Source: Eledone cirrhosa
Lineage: Eukaryota
DNA length: 64,000 nt
Direction of reading: 5' to 3'
Assembly: GCA_964016885.1 (NCBI GenBank)
Contig: OZ024740.1
Location: forward strand, 255,502,001 to 255,566,000
Shown: piece after piece, positions 12,524 to 25,513 of the stretch
Layout of the letters: each line of letters opens with the position of its first letter
Numbering within the stretch: position 1 is the first letter of the stretch
The notes under the pieces: model-generated
The model's input: only the letters and a program-made list of their open reading frames with translations
Database searches by the model: none
What the model was told of the DNA's origin: nothing
Made by a program: the position numbers and the translations under genes

Positions 12524-14868
12524 GTTGTTTTTATTCCTTGAATCTCAGTCATTGATGTTGGTTAACTGGAAAGTCCGTTGGATTGAATATCAAGCCACTA
12601 CCTGCAGCCTCAGATATTCAGGACGTATCGGAGGGTTCTTGCTGTTCCAAGCAAGCATGCCTTTTGAAGCGTTCCAAAAAGCGTGAAGGGGCCGATTTTC
12701 TTTAACCATCCCTGGAAACTTTTGGAGATAGTCCCCAGTGCGCCTATGACAATCGGGATCACTTTGACTTCATGGCAGTTCCAAATCCTTTTCACCTCCC
12801 ACTTTAGGTCCTGGTATCGGTTAATTTTCTCCCTCTCCTTCTCTTGCACTCTCGTGTCGAACGGGCAGGCCACATCCACAATCAGGCACGATCTTTTTTC
12901 TTTGTCCACAACCACCAGGTCAGGTCTATTGTGTTCCAGTTTTTTGTCCGTCTGTATCCTAAAATTCCACAGCACCTTCACCTGATTGTTCTCCATCACC
13001 GCCTCTGGCCTATGCTCATACCATTTCTCAGAATGTGGTAAATTGTTTACTTTGCACAGGTGCCAGTGGATCACCCTGCCCATCACATCGTGTCTCCAGC
13101 CCTTATAGTGGGTCTGGGCTAGGTGTTTACACTCGGACACAATGTGAGCCACAGTCTCCTCTCTCTCTCCACAGATCCTGCACAGTGGGCTAGCCTCCTC
13201 CTTGTAGATATGGTGCTTCAACCACTTCGTTTTGAGGGCCTGCTCCTGCGCAGCCATTAGCATTCCTTCTGTAGCCTTTTTGAGGTCTCCACTTCTCAAC
13301 CAGTTCCATGTCTGTGGATCTCTAAATTCAGTTTTCTCAAAGAAGGTACTATGAAGGGATTTTCCCTTAAGGCTGCTCTTCCTCCTTGATGTTATTTCCT
13401 CCTTGGACATCCCCTGGCCTACTGTCCCCTCCTTCAGTACAGTTCTGAGCATTGGCTCCTTACTATAGGTCACGTATTTGTATAGGTTGTTTTTCTCCAT
13501 CTGAACACAGTCCTCTATGCTGATAAGACCTCTTCCACCCTCAGATCTCCTTAGGTAGAGTCTATCGACATCACTCCTCTTGTGGAACATGTTGTAGATA
13601 GTCAATAGCTTCCTAGTCTTCCTATCCATTTCTTTTTGTTCAGCAACATTCCATCTCAGAATTCCCGCACTGTACCTAATAATAGACACAGCTCGGGAAT
13701 TTACTGCGCTTATGGCATTTCTGCTGTTCAGATGTGACTTCAATACGCTCCTTACTCTCCGAATGTATTCAGTTCTTAACAATTCCTTCATTTTTTTGTT
13801 CTTTATGCCATCAGCCTCCAGAACGCCCAAATACTTGTATCCTTCCTCAGAGTCAATTTCCTTTATCATCTCACCTGTTGGTATCTGGATCCCGTTACTT
13901 CTGCTCAACCTACCCCTCTTCATCACAATGACTCCACATTTACCAATACCAAACTGCATACATATATCACTGCTGAAAATACGGACAGTGTCAACAAGCA
14001 CATCCAACTCCTTCTCACTTTTCCCGAAGAGCTTAAGATCGTCCATGAAGAGGAGGTGATTGATGGTAAGCTCTCCCCTTCCCAACTCGTATCCTGCTCT
14101 CACTTTTCGCAGCATAATGGTCAAGGGCATCAGGGCAAGGACAAACAACAGAGGGGACAGGCTATCTCCCTGGAAGATACCTCTCTTGATCTTCACGCTT
14201 CCCAAGGATACTCCAGTTGATGTCAACTCTGTCTCCCAGGACCCCATACTCCTGCCTAGCAACTGTCTGATGTTATCTGCCACCCTGAAGATCTCCAGGC
14301 TTTTGGTGATCCAGGAATGAGGCACCATGTCAAATGCCTTTCTGTAGTCTATCCATCCCATGGCAAGATCAGTGTGTCTCTTCCTGCAATTCCCCATTAC
14401 CATCTTATCAATAAGCAACTGGTCCTTTGTACCACGTGACTTCTTTCGGCATCCTTTCTGTTCGTCCGGTAACAAGTTGTTTGTGTGGAGGTGATGGTAG
14501 ATTTCCTCAGACACAATGCTCGTCAACAGTTTCCACATTACGGACAGACATGTGATAGGTCTATAGTTGGTAACATCATTACCCTTGATTCGGTCTTTCA
14601 TTATCAGAACTGTGGTACCTTTTGTCAACCACTCTGGCACCTCACCCGACACCAAGCAGTCATTGAACATGGCCGTCAGCTTCGGGTGGAGGGATGTTAA
14701 ATGTTTAATCCAATACCCCTGCACACCATCTGGGCCTGGTGATTTCCAGTTGGTTAGTTTTTTGGCCTGCCCCTTAAGAGTTTCAACTGTGATACTCAAA
14801 TCAGTTTGTTGTTGTGCCTGCTCACCGATCTCCCTCTGTACTGTCTCAATCCACCCCGCCTGGGCGTT
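12524..14868 (-). mobile_element. R4/Dong-like element copy 2, 5'-truncated, open RT-CCHC-RLE frame (12610..14799, 729 aa)
   Basis: KSPGPDG, GIFQGDSLSPLLF, FMDD, CCHC and PD..D motifs. (TAA)n on both sides. Confidence 0.92.
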
Positions 14869-14870
14869 AA

Positions 14871-14928
<58 letters not shown>

Positions 14929-15298
14929 GTTATTGTTATTCCTTGAATCTCAGTCATTGATGTTGGTTAACTGGAAAGTCCGTTGGATTGAATATCAAGC
15001 CACTACCTGCAGCCTCAGATATTCAGGACGTATCGGAGGGTTCTTGCCGTTCCAAGCAAGCATGCCTTTTGAAGCGTTCCAAAAAGCGTGAAGGGGCCGA
15101 TTTTCTTTAACCATCCCTGGAAACCTTTGGTGATAGTCCCCAGTGCGCCTATGACAATCGGGATCACTTTGACTTCATGGCAGTTCCAAATCCTTTTCAC
15201 CTCCCACTTTAGGTCCTGGTATCGGTTAATTTTCTCCCTCTCCTTCTCTTGCACTCTCGTGTCGAACGGGCAGGCCACATCCACAATCAGGCACGATC

Positions 15299-15300
<2 letters not shown>
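14929..15300 (-). mobile_element. R4/Dong-like element copy 3, severely 5'-truncated (~370 bp)
   Basis: Near-identical to the 3' end of copy 2. (TAA)n on both sides. Confidence 0.93.
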
Positions 15301-15339
<39 letters not shown>

Positions 15340-18255
15340 GCGATCCACGTAGGAAATTGTATTGTCGTGAGCTCCACAAAGGTTTGTTGTTTTCAGTTGT
15401 TCCAAATTGCCAGTTATGGAAAATATTTGATGTTAATTGTTTATAAGTTCACATATATATAATTATTTATAAGTTCACATATATTGCTTTCTAAAATGGA
15501 CACTCAATAATATTGAGCTTTATATTTATCAAACTTTATATTTATCAAACAAAAAATTTCTTTAAAAAAAAAGATGGATGGCATTCAGCTACCAAAATCT
15601 GCTGACAGCTTTCCTCACAGACTAACATATACCACCACCACCATTGTAATCCTTGCTACGGTTGCCAACATTATAAGTAATAGCAGTGTCAATTATTTAG
15701 ATTTGTCACATGCAGACATGGATTTCCCGCCATTACCAATGTCTACAGGTATTAAAGCCGCCATCCCCACCACCACAATGTGAAAAAGAACAACCAACAC
15801 CACTGATACCACCACCCCCACCACCACCACCACCACCACAGCAACAACTGAAACAAAAAATAAATTATTATTTCATGATATCGAAATGGATTCTCCGAAA
15901 ATCGACTTTTCCACGCCGAACGCCACTGACACCACCTCCACCACAACTAAAACTAAAAATAATAATAACAAAAATAACAATAACAACAACAGAAACAACA
16001 GCAACAATAAGAATAACAACAACATGAACACCAGCGCAAAACCAAATATGTCGTTTGTTAAAGCGGCAAAGAAAAATGAAACGGTTGAGGTAAGCCAGGA
16101 AGAATTGAAGGAAGCCAAGCGAAAGGTAAAAATATATGGTTATAGGGTCAGACCCCCTCCCTCCATCTAATACCATGGTGCATGGGCGCCTATGCACCGT
16201 GTCATATCGCACGATAAACATTAAAACACGCCGAGTGGAGCGGTCATCCGAGTCCCAGATACAAAAAGCTTTGGGACATGTGTGGACGAAAAAAACCCAC
16301 ATCAGACGTGGCCAAAAATATGGAACCGTGGACGTATTCTTTGGAACCCCACAGGAAACCAGAGAGCACACCATGGCCCCATTAAAAAGTGACGAGTTTA
16401 CACTGGTCCCAAGCTATTGTGGTCAGAGGCTGGTAAGGATCAGGGTGACCCAGGTTACGCCGGCCATTGAAATTCCCTGGCTAATGGCTGCCGTCCTCGC
16501 CGACATCGAGGCCAACACTAAAGTAATTGACGTGATAAAAGTAAAGCAGGAGAACTGGTCCGGATCTGGGATGGAGCTCCTGATCCAAGCGGACCAAAAA
16601 ACATTGAGGAAATTCCAGAGGTTATAGATCTCAATGACGGCAGCGACCTCACCGTAATCGCGGAGGGTAGAAGGCCTAGGTGTGTCGTTTGTGGCGAAGG
16701 AACCCACCTAAAGGCTTTCTGCCCTCAGGCTAAAAAGTTGAGGCCACTTCTCCTTGCCACCCCAGTGACTCAACCATCAAAACTAGCAGCAGCAGAAATG
16801 GCAGCAACAACTGTAGCAGCAGCAACAGAAGCAACTGTAGCAGCAACAATCCAAGCAACTGTAGCGGCAACAGTAGCAAAACCAACACCACCACCACCCA
16901 CCGCGCCAGAGTTAGCACCAGCGGCTCCACCAACCACCACGCCACAACCAAAACCAACGCCTGTCGAGGATTTTCCACTGCCCGACCTCTCGCAACTGGA
17001 GACAGATTGTGACGACGAGGAGTGGGAAACTGGGAAAAAGAAAAAAAAGGAAACCAAAAAAGAAAGAATCCTCTTCCTTCGCCCTCCAAAAACAAAATGC
17101 AGGGCGTATCAAATAAGCAAACAAACAAAAAAGTTAAGACAGCTATGCCACCACCCACACCAGCTTCACCAGCCCCATCACTACAAACACCAACACCATC
17201 ACCATCATGAACCCCAACACCACCATCACCAACACCACAAAAATCACCAACAAGCGAAACAGAAACAAACCCACAACAAACGCAAACAAAACAAAGCATC
17301 CAAAACGATACGCACTACACAGCATTAAATTTGAATCCAACACAACACCAGCATCACAGAAAAAGACTATACAACACCTTTCTTGGAACGTCCCGCTCTT
17401 TAGTGTTAGTGGGCGACTGGAACGGGATCTTAGATGCACGCTGGGACTGTGTGGGATTAGCGGATAGGGGAAGAGGGTGTAAAATCCTCGCAAACCTGCT
17501 CAGACGGTTTCAACTGTCTGACAGGTACCGTCTCGATTTCACGAATGTACCAATGTGGACTTCGACAAACCGCATCGGGTCATCCAGATCATATCTAGAT
17601 AGGGTATTTTGTAGGGAAATAGATAGGTCTAGCATAGGCTGTCCACAATTAAAAATAGTCGACTACACGGACCACAAATTCGTGATCTGTGTGCTTGACT
17701 TAGATAGGCTTCATAGACAGGGACCCGGCTACTGGAAGCTAAACGCGTCGTTAACGGCGCACAAGACCTACAGAGACAGGATTAGCGAACTAGTTAAGCG
17801 GACGTTGACGGGGCAATCGTCAACAACAAATGATGGTTTGCTCTGAAAAGGGCGATTAGAATAGAGTCCATTAGGTTTAGTAAAGCTTTAGCAATAGAGA
17901 AAAATAGAGCAGAGGGAGAACTAGTTAGAAAATTAGACGAGGCGCTTAGTAAAGGCATCGCGACCGACGTGCTTGCGGCGAAATTGGCCCTCGACCAATT
18001 CTTCAATGGGCCGAATCGCCTGGTTTGGATAGTCTGCTCTACGAACTTTACGTACACGTGGCAGACTTGTTCGCAGGCCTCTTGGCGGACGTCTACTGCA
18101 ACTGGCAACAGAACAGGAGAATTCCCAGCTCTGTGTCCCGGGGAGCGGTGGCGCTGCTGAGAAACGATCCGAACAAGGGGGATAACATAGATAATTTGAG
18201 GCCCGTAACTCTGCTAAACACAGAGTTAAAGGTTTTGGCCAAGGTGCTAGCAAAA
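15340..18255 (+). mobile_element. L1/Tx1-clade LINE copy 3, ORF1 type B, internally deleted and 3'-truncated
   Basis: The 5' end GCGATCCACGTAGGAAATTG matches copy 4 and follows (TTA)n. ORF1 fragments match 38519..36660. Deletions at ~17377 and ~18005-18015. Stops at KVLAK. Confidence 0.88.
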
Positions 18256-18508
18256 AATAAATCATACACAAAACGGCAGCATCAACAGTTTTGCAAGAGA
18301 TGTCAACATGAATGGACTTGTTATTTTTACTAAAGACATTTTTCCCAAATCCAACCCGCCCGTGCCCTCAATCTATCTTATTTCTCATTCTTTCTTCTGA
18401 TGAACGACTAGTGTCAGAAACGTTAATACCCTCTTCCTGCTATTTCAAGTGTTACCTAATATATTCCTTCCATATACTGTACCGATTGTGTCGTTATTTC
18501 TGTTTACC

Positions 18509-18630
<122 letters not shown>

Positions 18631-19124
18631 AATATGTAGTTTAGAAAGCCACAACAATGCAGATGGGAAATCTCTAGGTAAGAAGTGAGTGAGAAATAGG
18701 AGAAAAGTGAAAATTGAGAGAAACGAAAAAGGAAAACAAAACAAAGGTAGAAGGGTTACCGTAGTGGAGATTTAATCCCAATATTTCGGGCTCACGCCCA
18801 TCAACGGCGACATTAGCTATAACCTAAAAAGAAGAAAAGATCAACATTATCGGTAACTACTGAGCCGCAGGTTTTTGTCGGAGTTATCCCAGTTTCCTGA
18901 GATGCCTTCTCCTAGAAGAATGCCCTGACAAAGGCTAAGGGTCTTAACTCCCGGTGATTTAACCGCGCGATCGGGTATGCAGCCCGACTATTTCATTGTC
19001 CCCGCGCATATACATATACATATGTATACATGTATATACATATATACATACACACACATATATTTATATGTACATATATATTTACGCATTTTTGGATGGC
19101 CGTTGCCTCTTATATATATGCATT

Positions 19125-19276
<152 letters not shown>

Positions 19277-20370
19277 TTACAATAATCAAAGTTCAGTTTA
19301 AGTCATTTATTTGCTTACAATTGTTTCCTCCAAACCGAGGTTTGGATTCTTCGGAGCAACTATTTACTGATCTATAACATACTTGACCTCCTTTTCAACC
19401 CAAGAGACATATAAGACATATACGCATATTGATCAACAGTGGGGTGACATTCATCAAATGATATAGCATGGCAATTTACATATAAAGGTTACAGGATAAA
19501 AATAAAATAAAAACAAGAATGAAAATAAAGATAAACATGAGGCGTTGGCAGTCTATGAAGATAAAGCAAGAGGAAAGTTTAGAGTAGTCAGTGTATGAAA
19601 CAATTTCACGTGTAGCATGCACGCGTGTCTTATCTATACATGATTAGAGTGCGTCAGAATGATATTTGCAGGGTCAGGCAGTTGAAGCAGGCAATCGATC
19701 TTATTATGTGGGCTGAATTATTAAGTCATTTATTCTCATACATCTGTATGATGTACAGTCTCGGATGCAGGGAAACACCAAAATATCAAAAACTTTCAAC
19801 ATACTATAAACCTTATTGTGTCGTAGGCAAAGCCGTACCACTGTCTTCGCTCACACCACCACTCACATAATCCATGAGTCGCAATATATATAGAGAACAC
19901 GTGTCTATCGTATAATTCGCGGTGGTTCAGCATATAATCAAGCTATAAACCGTATCCAGTCGGTTCTTAATTAATAGATCATGCTGTCCAGATTCCGGAA
20001 GTGTCTGAATGACTAAGGGGAATTAATGCGTAAGGGGAGGTAACTAGCTAGTTATCTTAGTTAAATTACTATCCTAAACTACATTAATGGTGATTCAAAT
20101 ACGTGCCTATCATATGAAGTTATAACTAATTTCTAGAGTATGTTACCCATTTATAGGTTGGAGAGTTGTCCATTAAGAAGTACAAGGGTGTATATATTAG
20201 GATGATTACCATCCATTAAGGGGTGTATTATCTGAACGTGCTATAAGAGGAGTCAGACTCTCAAGTCACTGTTCCATGCAAATGTAATATAACAGTAGGA
20301 CCTGGTATGGTCCCACTATTATATATGCCACCCGGTAGGCTCCGGGTCATTGCATGTCTGAATCTCCAGT
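19277..20370 (-). mobile_element. Diverged 3' UTR/pLTR fragment of a PLE related to the element at 21152-25426
   Basis: The reverse complement of ~19995-20050 matches ~24637-24692 (gctagttacctccccttacgcattaa). Carries the same hammerhead-like motif and is flanked by TA/GA tracts. Confidence 0.6.
19311..19359 (-). ncRNA. Type I minimal hammerhead-ribozyme-like motif, variant core CCGAAGA
   Basis: ttgct-CCGAAGA-a tccaaac ctcg gtttgga g-GAAA-caattg-TA-agcaa: stem I pairs, stem II pairs, stem III is palindromic. Confidence 0.68.
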
Positions 20371-20404
20371 ATATATATATATATCTTCTTTCTTGATTTA
20401 TATA

Positions 20405-20469
<65 letters not shown>

Positions 20470-20472
<3 letters not shown>

Positions 20473-20799
20473 AATCAAGAAAGAAGAGTGACATGGTTTG
20501 CTATACAATAGGGGCTTCATTCATATTGCTGACAATTATTTCTCTGAACTGGTAGGCCTAGAGATCACTACCCACCTATGTTTGCGTCAATCGATCACCA
20601 ATACTTTGTTGTAACCAGTCAGTTCATTCTCACACGCTCTGATGAACTGACTGGTTACAACAAAGTATTGGTGATCGATTGACGCAAAAACAGGCGGGTA
20701 GCGATCTCTAGACCTATCAGTTCATAGAAACAATTGTCAGCAATATGAATAAAGCCCTTATTGTATAGCAAACTATGTCACTCTTCTTTCTTGATTTAT
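20470..20799. repeat. Inverted repeat (~158 bp arms, 14 bp spacer) containing a hammerhead-like motif (20636..20741, +)
   Basis: 20470..20627 is the reverse complement of 20642..20799. gct-CTGATGA-long stem II-GAAA-caattg-TC-agc, followed by AATAAA. Confidence 0.8.
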
Positions 20800-20966
20800 T
20801 ATTACTCCAAGTGTAAACAATATAGAAATCACCGCGTACTCACAGCATCACTATGGAAACGTCTTGTTGAGTCAAATTTGTCAGGCGTTAATACTATCCA
20901 CCACTCCGAGTACCCTAACTTGACTACATCTAAGTGGACAACCTATAACAATAATTTGTTATCCCG

Positions 20967-21072
<106 letters not shown>

Positions 21073-21151
21073 CGCGCGTGTGTGTATGTGTGTGTGTGTG
21101 TGTGTGCGTGCGCGCGCGCGCGTGTGTGTGTGTGCGTGTGTGTGCATTACG

Positions 21152-24100
21152 TGTAACACCCTGTCACATAATAATAGTATAAAAATGAGACACACTTGCA
21201 TGCTCCATGTGTAACTAACGTATACACTACCTACTAGACCTGACTATCAAACTATCCTCTTGCATTATCTGTGTTATCTGCCGAATGTATTTTAATTTTA
21301 ATTTTAATTTTGATTTTGAATTTGAATTGCTGTACAAAAATAGTATAGTATAATATATGCCACTCCACTCTACATCAATATATATATATATGTAGCTGTA
21401 TGTCTCTTGCGTTGGAAAGGAGGTCAATTATGTGTACAAGCATCGAAAGATTCTCCGAAGACTCCAAGCCTAGGTTTGGATGAAACAAGTGTAAGTGAAT
21501 AAATGCTTTGAACATAGCTTTGATTCTTGTGAATTCTATATAACTGCTCTGTAGAACAACTGATGTTATTACATTGAGCTATTTATCTTACTGGTAATAA
21601 GGTAATAAATTACTGACCTTCACTGTTTAGGGTTTAAAATATACATAACTATAAAAAGTTTTAATATATACATAACCATAAATAGTATCCCTAATATTAT
21701 TAACTTCTCCATACTGTTGAGCTAACATACATTAAATTACCAGTATGCTGATCAAAGACAACTTCCTATGTCAACCAAGAACATACCAATACCATCCAAG
21801 GATACATACGAGAAATTATTTATCAATAGAGTGAGATGGAGGACATTCCATTATGATAAAAACAAATCTAAAAAAATTGATAATACTAACAAATTCGACT
21901 CCTTCGGCTTTAAAACTTTTAGAAGCCCCCCATCACAACACACTACTAAACTCCTTTGAAAATGACCTAATAAAACTAGTTAAGAACATTAAATACAAAA
22001 AGCATCGTAATAGAAACAACACCTTCTTAAACAAATTTAACTCCTCTATTAAGGGATTCAAAACAAGTAGTAAAATTATTGTGCATGCGGACAAAACTAA
22101 TAACATATACAGCCTAGATTATGATACACATAGAAAGTTTATATATGGTGAACTACATAAGAGCTACAAGAAAACTACTATGAAAAATCTAGAAGATATT
22201 AATATAGAAGGTCGTAATATAGTGTCCAAACTAGGACTTCAGAGACACACGCAACCATACACCCCAAACCCCCCTAGATTCTCTCTGAAGGACCATAAGG
22301 AGGATTTCATTAAGAAACCCCTCGATTAGACTAATCTGCCCTTCCAAGTCTGACATTGGCATTATCAGTAAGAAAATTTTAGATAAAATCATCCCACAGA
22401 TTAAACGCAAAATATACCTTAAACAATGGGGAAATACGGGTGAAGTTATTGAATGGTTTAAAGATATCAAGGAAAACAAAAATAAAAAATTTATTCAATT
22501 TGATATCAATTCACACTACACCTCTATTTCCCCTATCCTATTAAATAAGGCACTAATTATGGCCATGAACAATAGTGACCTGATTAGACCCAGATTGATG
22601 TCAGACTTGCGGCTCGTAAAACCGTAATCACTTTTGAAGACCAGTTATGGACCCGCAATGATACGCATAGCAACTTCGACATAACCATGGGATCTAGTCA
22701 CTCGGCGCAGGTCACTGATTTGGTGGGCCTATACTTACTAAACGAAATCCATAAGGACCTTCCATACGTCAACGGTGGTGTGTACCACGTTGATGCACTT
22801 CTCCTTATAGACTATAAAAAATTTAATATAGAAAGAACTAGAAACTATTGCACAAGACTTTCAAAAACTATAACCTAAGTATCACCATAGACAAAAACAC
22901 TAAAAACGTTAACTTCCTAGATGCCACCCTTTACCTAGACTCTAATATATATACACCATTCCATAAACCTAACGAAAAACTGATTTACGTAGATACCAAG
23001 TCTAACCACCCTAGATAAATATTAAGCTCTATCTCTAAAGGAAAATCCAATAGAATCTCTAATCTATCTTATAACGAAACCATATTTAGCAAAAACTCAC
23101 AATACTATAATCAGGCATTAGCTAGATCAGGCCATAATAATGAGATCGAATTCCTACCTATAAAAACACATAGTTACAACATTATTTCGCACAATATGTC
23201 CACGAGGAAAAATAGTAATAAGAATAATAACCACACACACACTAGTACGAAGGGTGGCAACAAACGTAACCCACACCAGGGAGGACACCAAAATACCATA
23301 AACGGAAGCATCTCACCAGACATAAAAAACAAAAATAGAAGAAGAAATAATACATTTTTCAACCCCCCTTTCAATCTAAACGTCTCTACCAACCTACATA
23401 AGGCTTTCTTCTTGTAACTGTAACTCTAATTGTAACTGTAGATCTAATAGAACGGTCCCTTTAGATAAAAACTGCTTAATCAAGGACATCATATACTCAT
23501 GCACCGTCAGAACTAGCAACTCTTCTGAAACCTATATAGGCTCTACTTAGAACTGCTTCAAAACCAGATACAATTCACACCTCAATTCTTTCAAAAAACA
23601 CAGTCTAGCCAACTCCACTTCACTATCTAGCTACATAAACTATCTAAAAACTAGAAATAGATCTTATACACTTCAATGGGAAGTGATAGGTAAGGCGGCA
23701 TCGTACAAACCACCTAATAAATTCTGTAACCTCTGTCTACTAGAGACCCATACTATAATCTTCTCAAACCATAACCTCCTTAATAAAAAATCGGAAGTGT
23801 TTGCGTCGTGCTAGCACCGCTTCTGGCACTCCTTCCAAAACTTTAAACCCAATATATAACAATGTCGGACTTGAACCCATCACCACTTCTAACACCAAAC
23901 ATTACACCACAACTACACACTCTCTGATCCACCCTATCTCGACCCAAATCATTCCATCTATCTATAACTTTATACCCTAGAAATATCCCCATAAACACCT
24001 ACTTTTAATATAACTACTTTCAATTACTTATAATTATATAATGATACAATACAGTCTATATAAACTTTAAATACTAGATACGGCAATGAATTATTTATGC

Positions 24101-25426
24101 ATTTGTAATTAAATGTATGGAGTGATAACATTGGATATATATAAGATTAATTTATTAACATAGGAGATCCGTCTAACTTAAATGTAGGTTGCTGCAATGA
24201 ATTATGTATGAATTATATATGAATTATATATGCAAGTGTAACTTGATGGATATATTAATGACATTGTAAATGAGGGATGTATTTGTCTGCCCTAGAGATG
24301 TATTTTGTTTTGCCATGTAAACAGCCATACGCTGCTCCATAACGTGCCAGGGGTTATGTAGACAACATTCTAATAGGTCCCCTGATATGTCCTGAGAGTA
24401 GACTGCATTTACAGTGAACTTTGATATAAAGGTATGGCGCTTTGTATGGAATATTCAATTGTAGCACTATATAATAGGGAATAATCAACTTAATATAGAT
24501 ACCTTTAGTACATCATGATAGAGTAGACTGTATTTAAAAGTGGAAACTAGATATAAATGTATAACCGTCTATATAAGGGACTCAATTGAGGCGCCTTATA
24601 ATGTATGTTAAAACAATGAATTTAGTTATGAGATTCGGCTAGTTACCTCCCCTTACGCATTAACTCCCTTTAATTACACACATACTTCCGGGTAATAAAC
24701 CGCTGTAAATTCTCGCAGCAGAATCAACCTATTCTATAAACTTGGATTAAATAACACTGAGCCTCAATACGCTAAAATAATTTATTTTAATGCATCAAAC
24801 ATTCAATACGGAATCATCGTTACTTATGTGATGGATGTAGAAACTATATCTTACTTTTTCTGAATGTGAAAATGATGTGGGATACGAAAACCATAACTTT
24901 CTTTTGCTTCTTCTTTTTATTCTTATTTTTCTGCACATATACTTTTTTGTTCTATACAAAAAATACCTTACCACTACAACCACCATAATAATCTTGCTTA
25001 CCCGCTTAAAGTGCTTGCATTACTTGTAACACCCTGCCACACAATAATAGTATAAAAATGAGACACACTTGCATGCTCCATGTGTAACTAACGCATACAC
25101 TACCTACTAGACCTGACTATCAAACTATCTTCTTGCATTATCTGTTATCTGCCGAATGTATTTTAATTTTAATTTTTATTTTAATTTTGATTTTGATTTT
25201 GATTTTGAATTTGAATTGCTGTACAAAAATAGTATAGTATAATATATTCCACTCCACTGTACATCAATATATATATATATGTATCTGTATGTCTCTTGCG
25301 TTGGAAAGGAGGTCAATTATATGTACAAGCATTGAAAAATGCTCCGAAGACTCCAAGCCTAGGTTTGGATGAAACAATTGTAAGTGAATAAATGCTTTGA
25401 ACATAGCTTCGATTCTTGTGAATTCT
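21152..25426 (+). mobile_element. Penelope-like element A (Nematis-like motifs), decayed ORF ~21745..23860, with ~390 bp direct pseudo-LTRs at 21152..21540 and 25026..25426
   Basis: RVRWRTFH, HADKTNNIY, FDITMGS, GIY-YIG-like IIYSC..YIGST; many stops. Direct repeats begin gtaacaccctg. The 3' end runs into (TA)n. Confidence 0.85.
25340..25386 (+). ncRNA. Hammerhead-like motif in the PLE-A pLTR (second copy at 21451..21497), core CCGAAGA
   Basis: tgct-CCGAAGA-c tccaagc ctag gtttgga t-GAAA-caattg-TA-agtg; stem I needs G-U pairs. Confidence 0.6.
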
Positions 25427-25458
25427 CTCTATATATATATATCGTTTATTAAAGGTGT

Positions 25459-25513
25459 ACTGCTACATATATTTCGGTGACAGCCATCCTTGTCTGTGAC
25501 CTCTTCAGGCAGT
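25459..25513 (-). ncRNA. Type I hammerhead ribozyme in a solo (TA)n-flanked fragment (~25443..25566)
   Basis: actgc-CTGAAGA-ggtcacagac..gctgtcacc-GAAA-tatatg-TA-gcagt: canonical core, 5 bp stem I, AATAAA downstream. Confidence 0.78.

Noticed and set aside
1-14868. Tx1-Dong pair at 1-5.6 kb and 10.6-14.9 kb as a simple tandem segmental duplication
   Set aside because: Tx1 copy 1 is closer to copy 4 than to copy 2, and the Dong copies differ in 5' extent and sequence.
294-17493. Many antisense or overlapping ORFs repeated between LINE copies
   Set aside because: Shadow frames of ORF1/ORF2; they recur only because the copies are near-identical.
18390-18432. CTGATGA-acgactagtgtca-GAAAC hammerhead-like core
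   Set aside because: No convincing stem I pairing; at best a decayed motif.
18775-18812. Minus-strand TTGATGGGCGTGAGCCCGAAA hairpin
   Set aside because: Core has two mismatches and no stem I.
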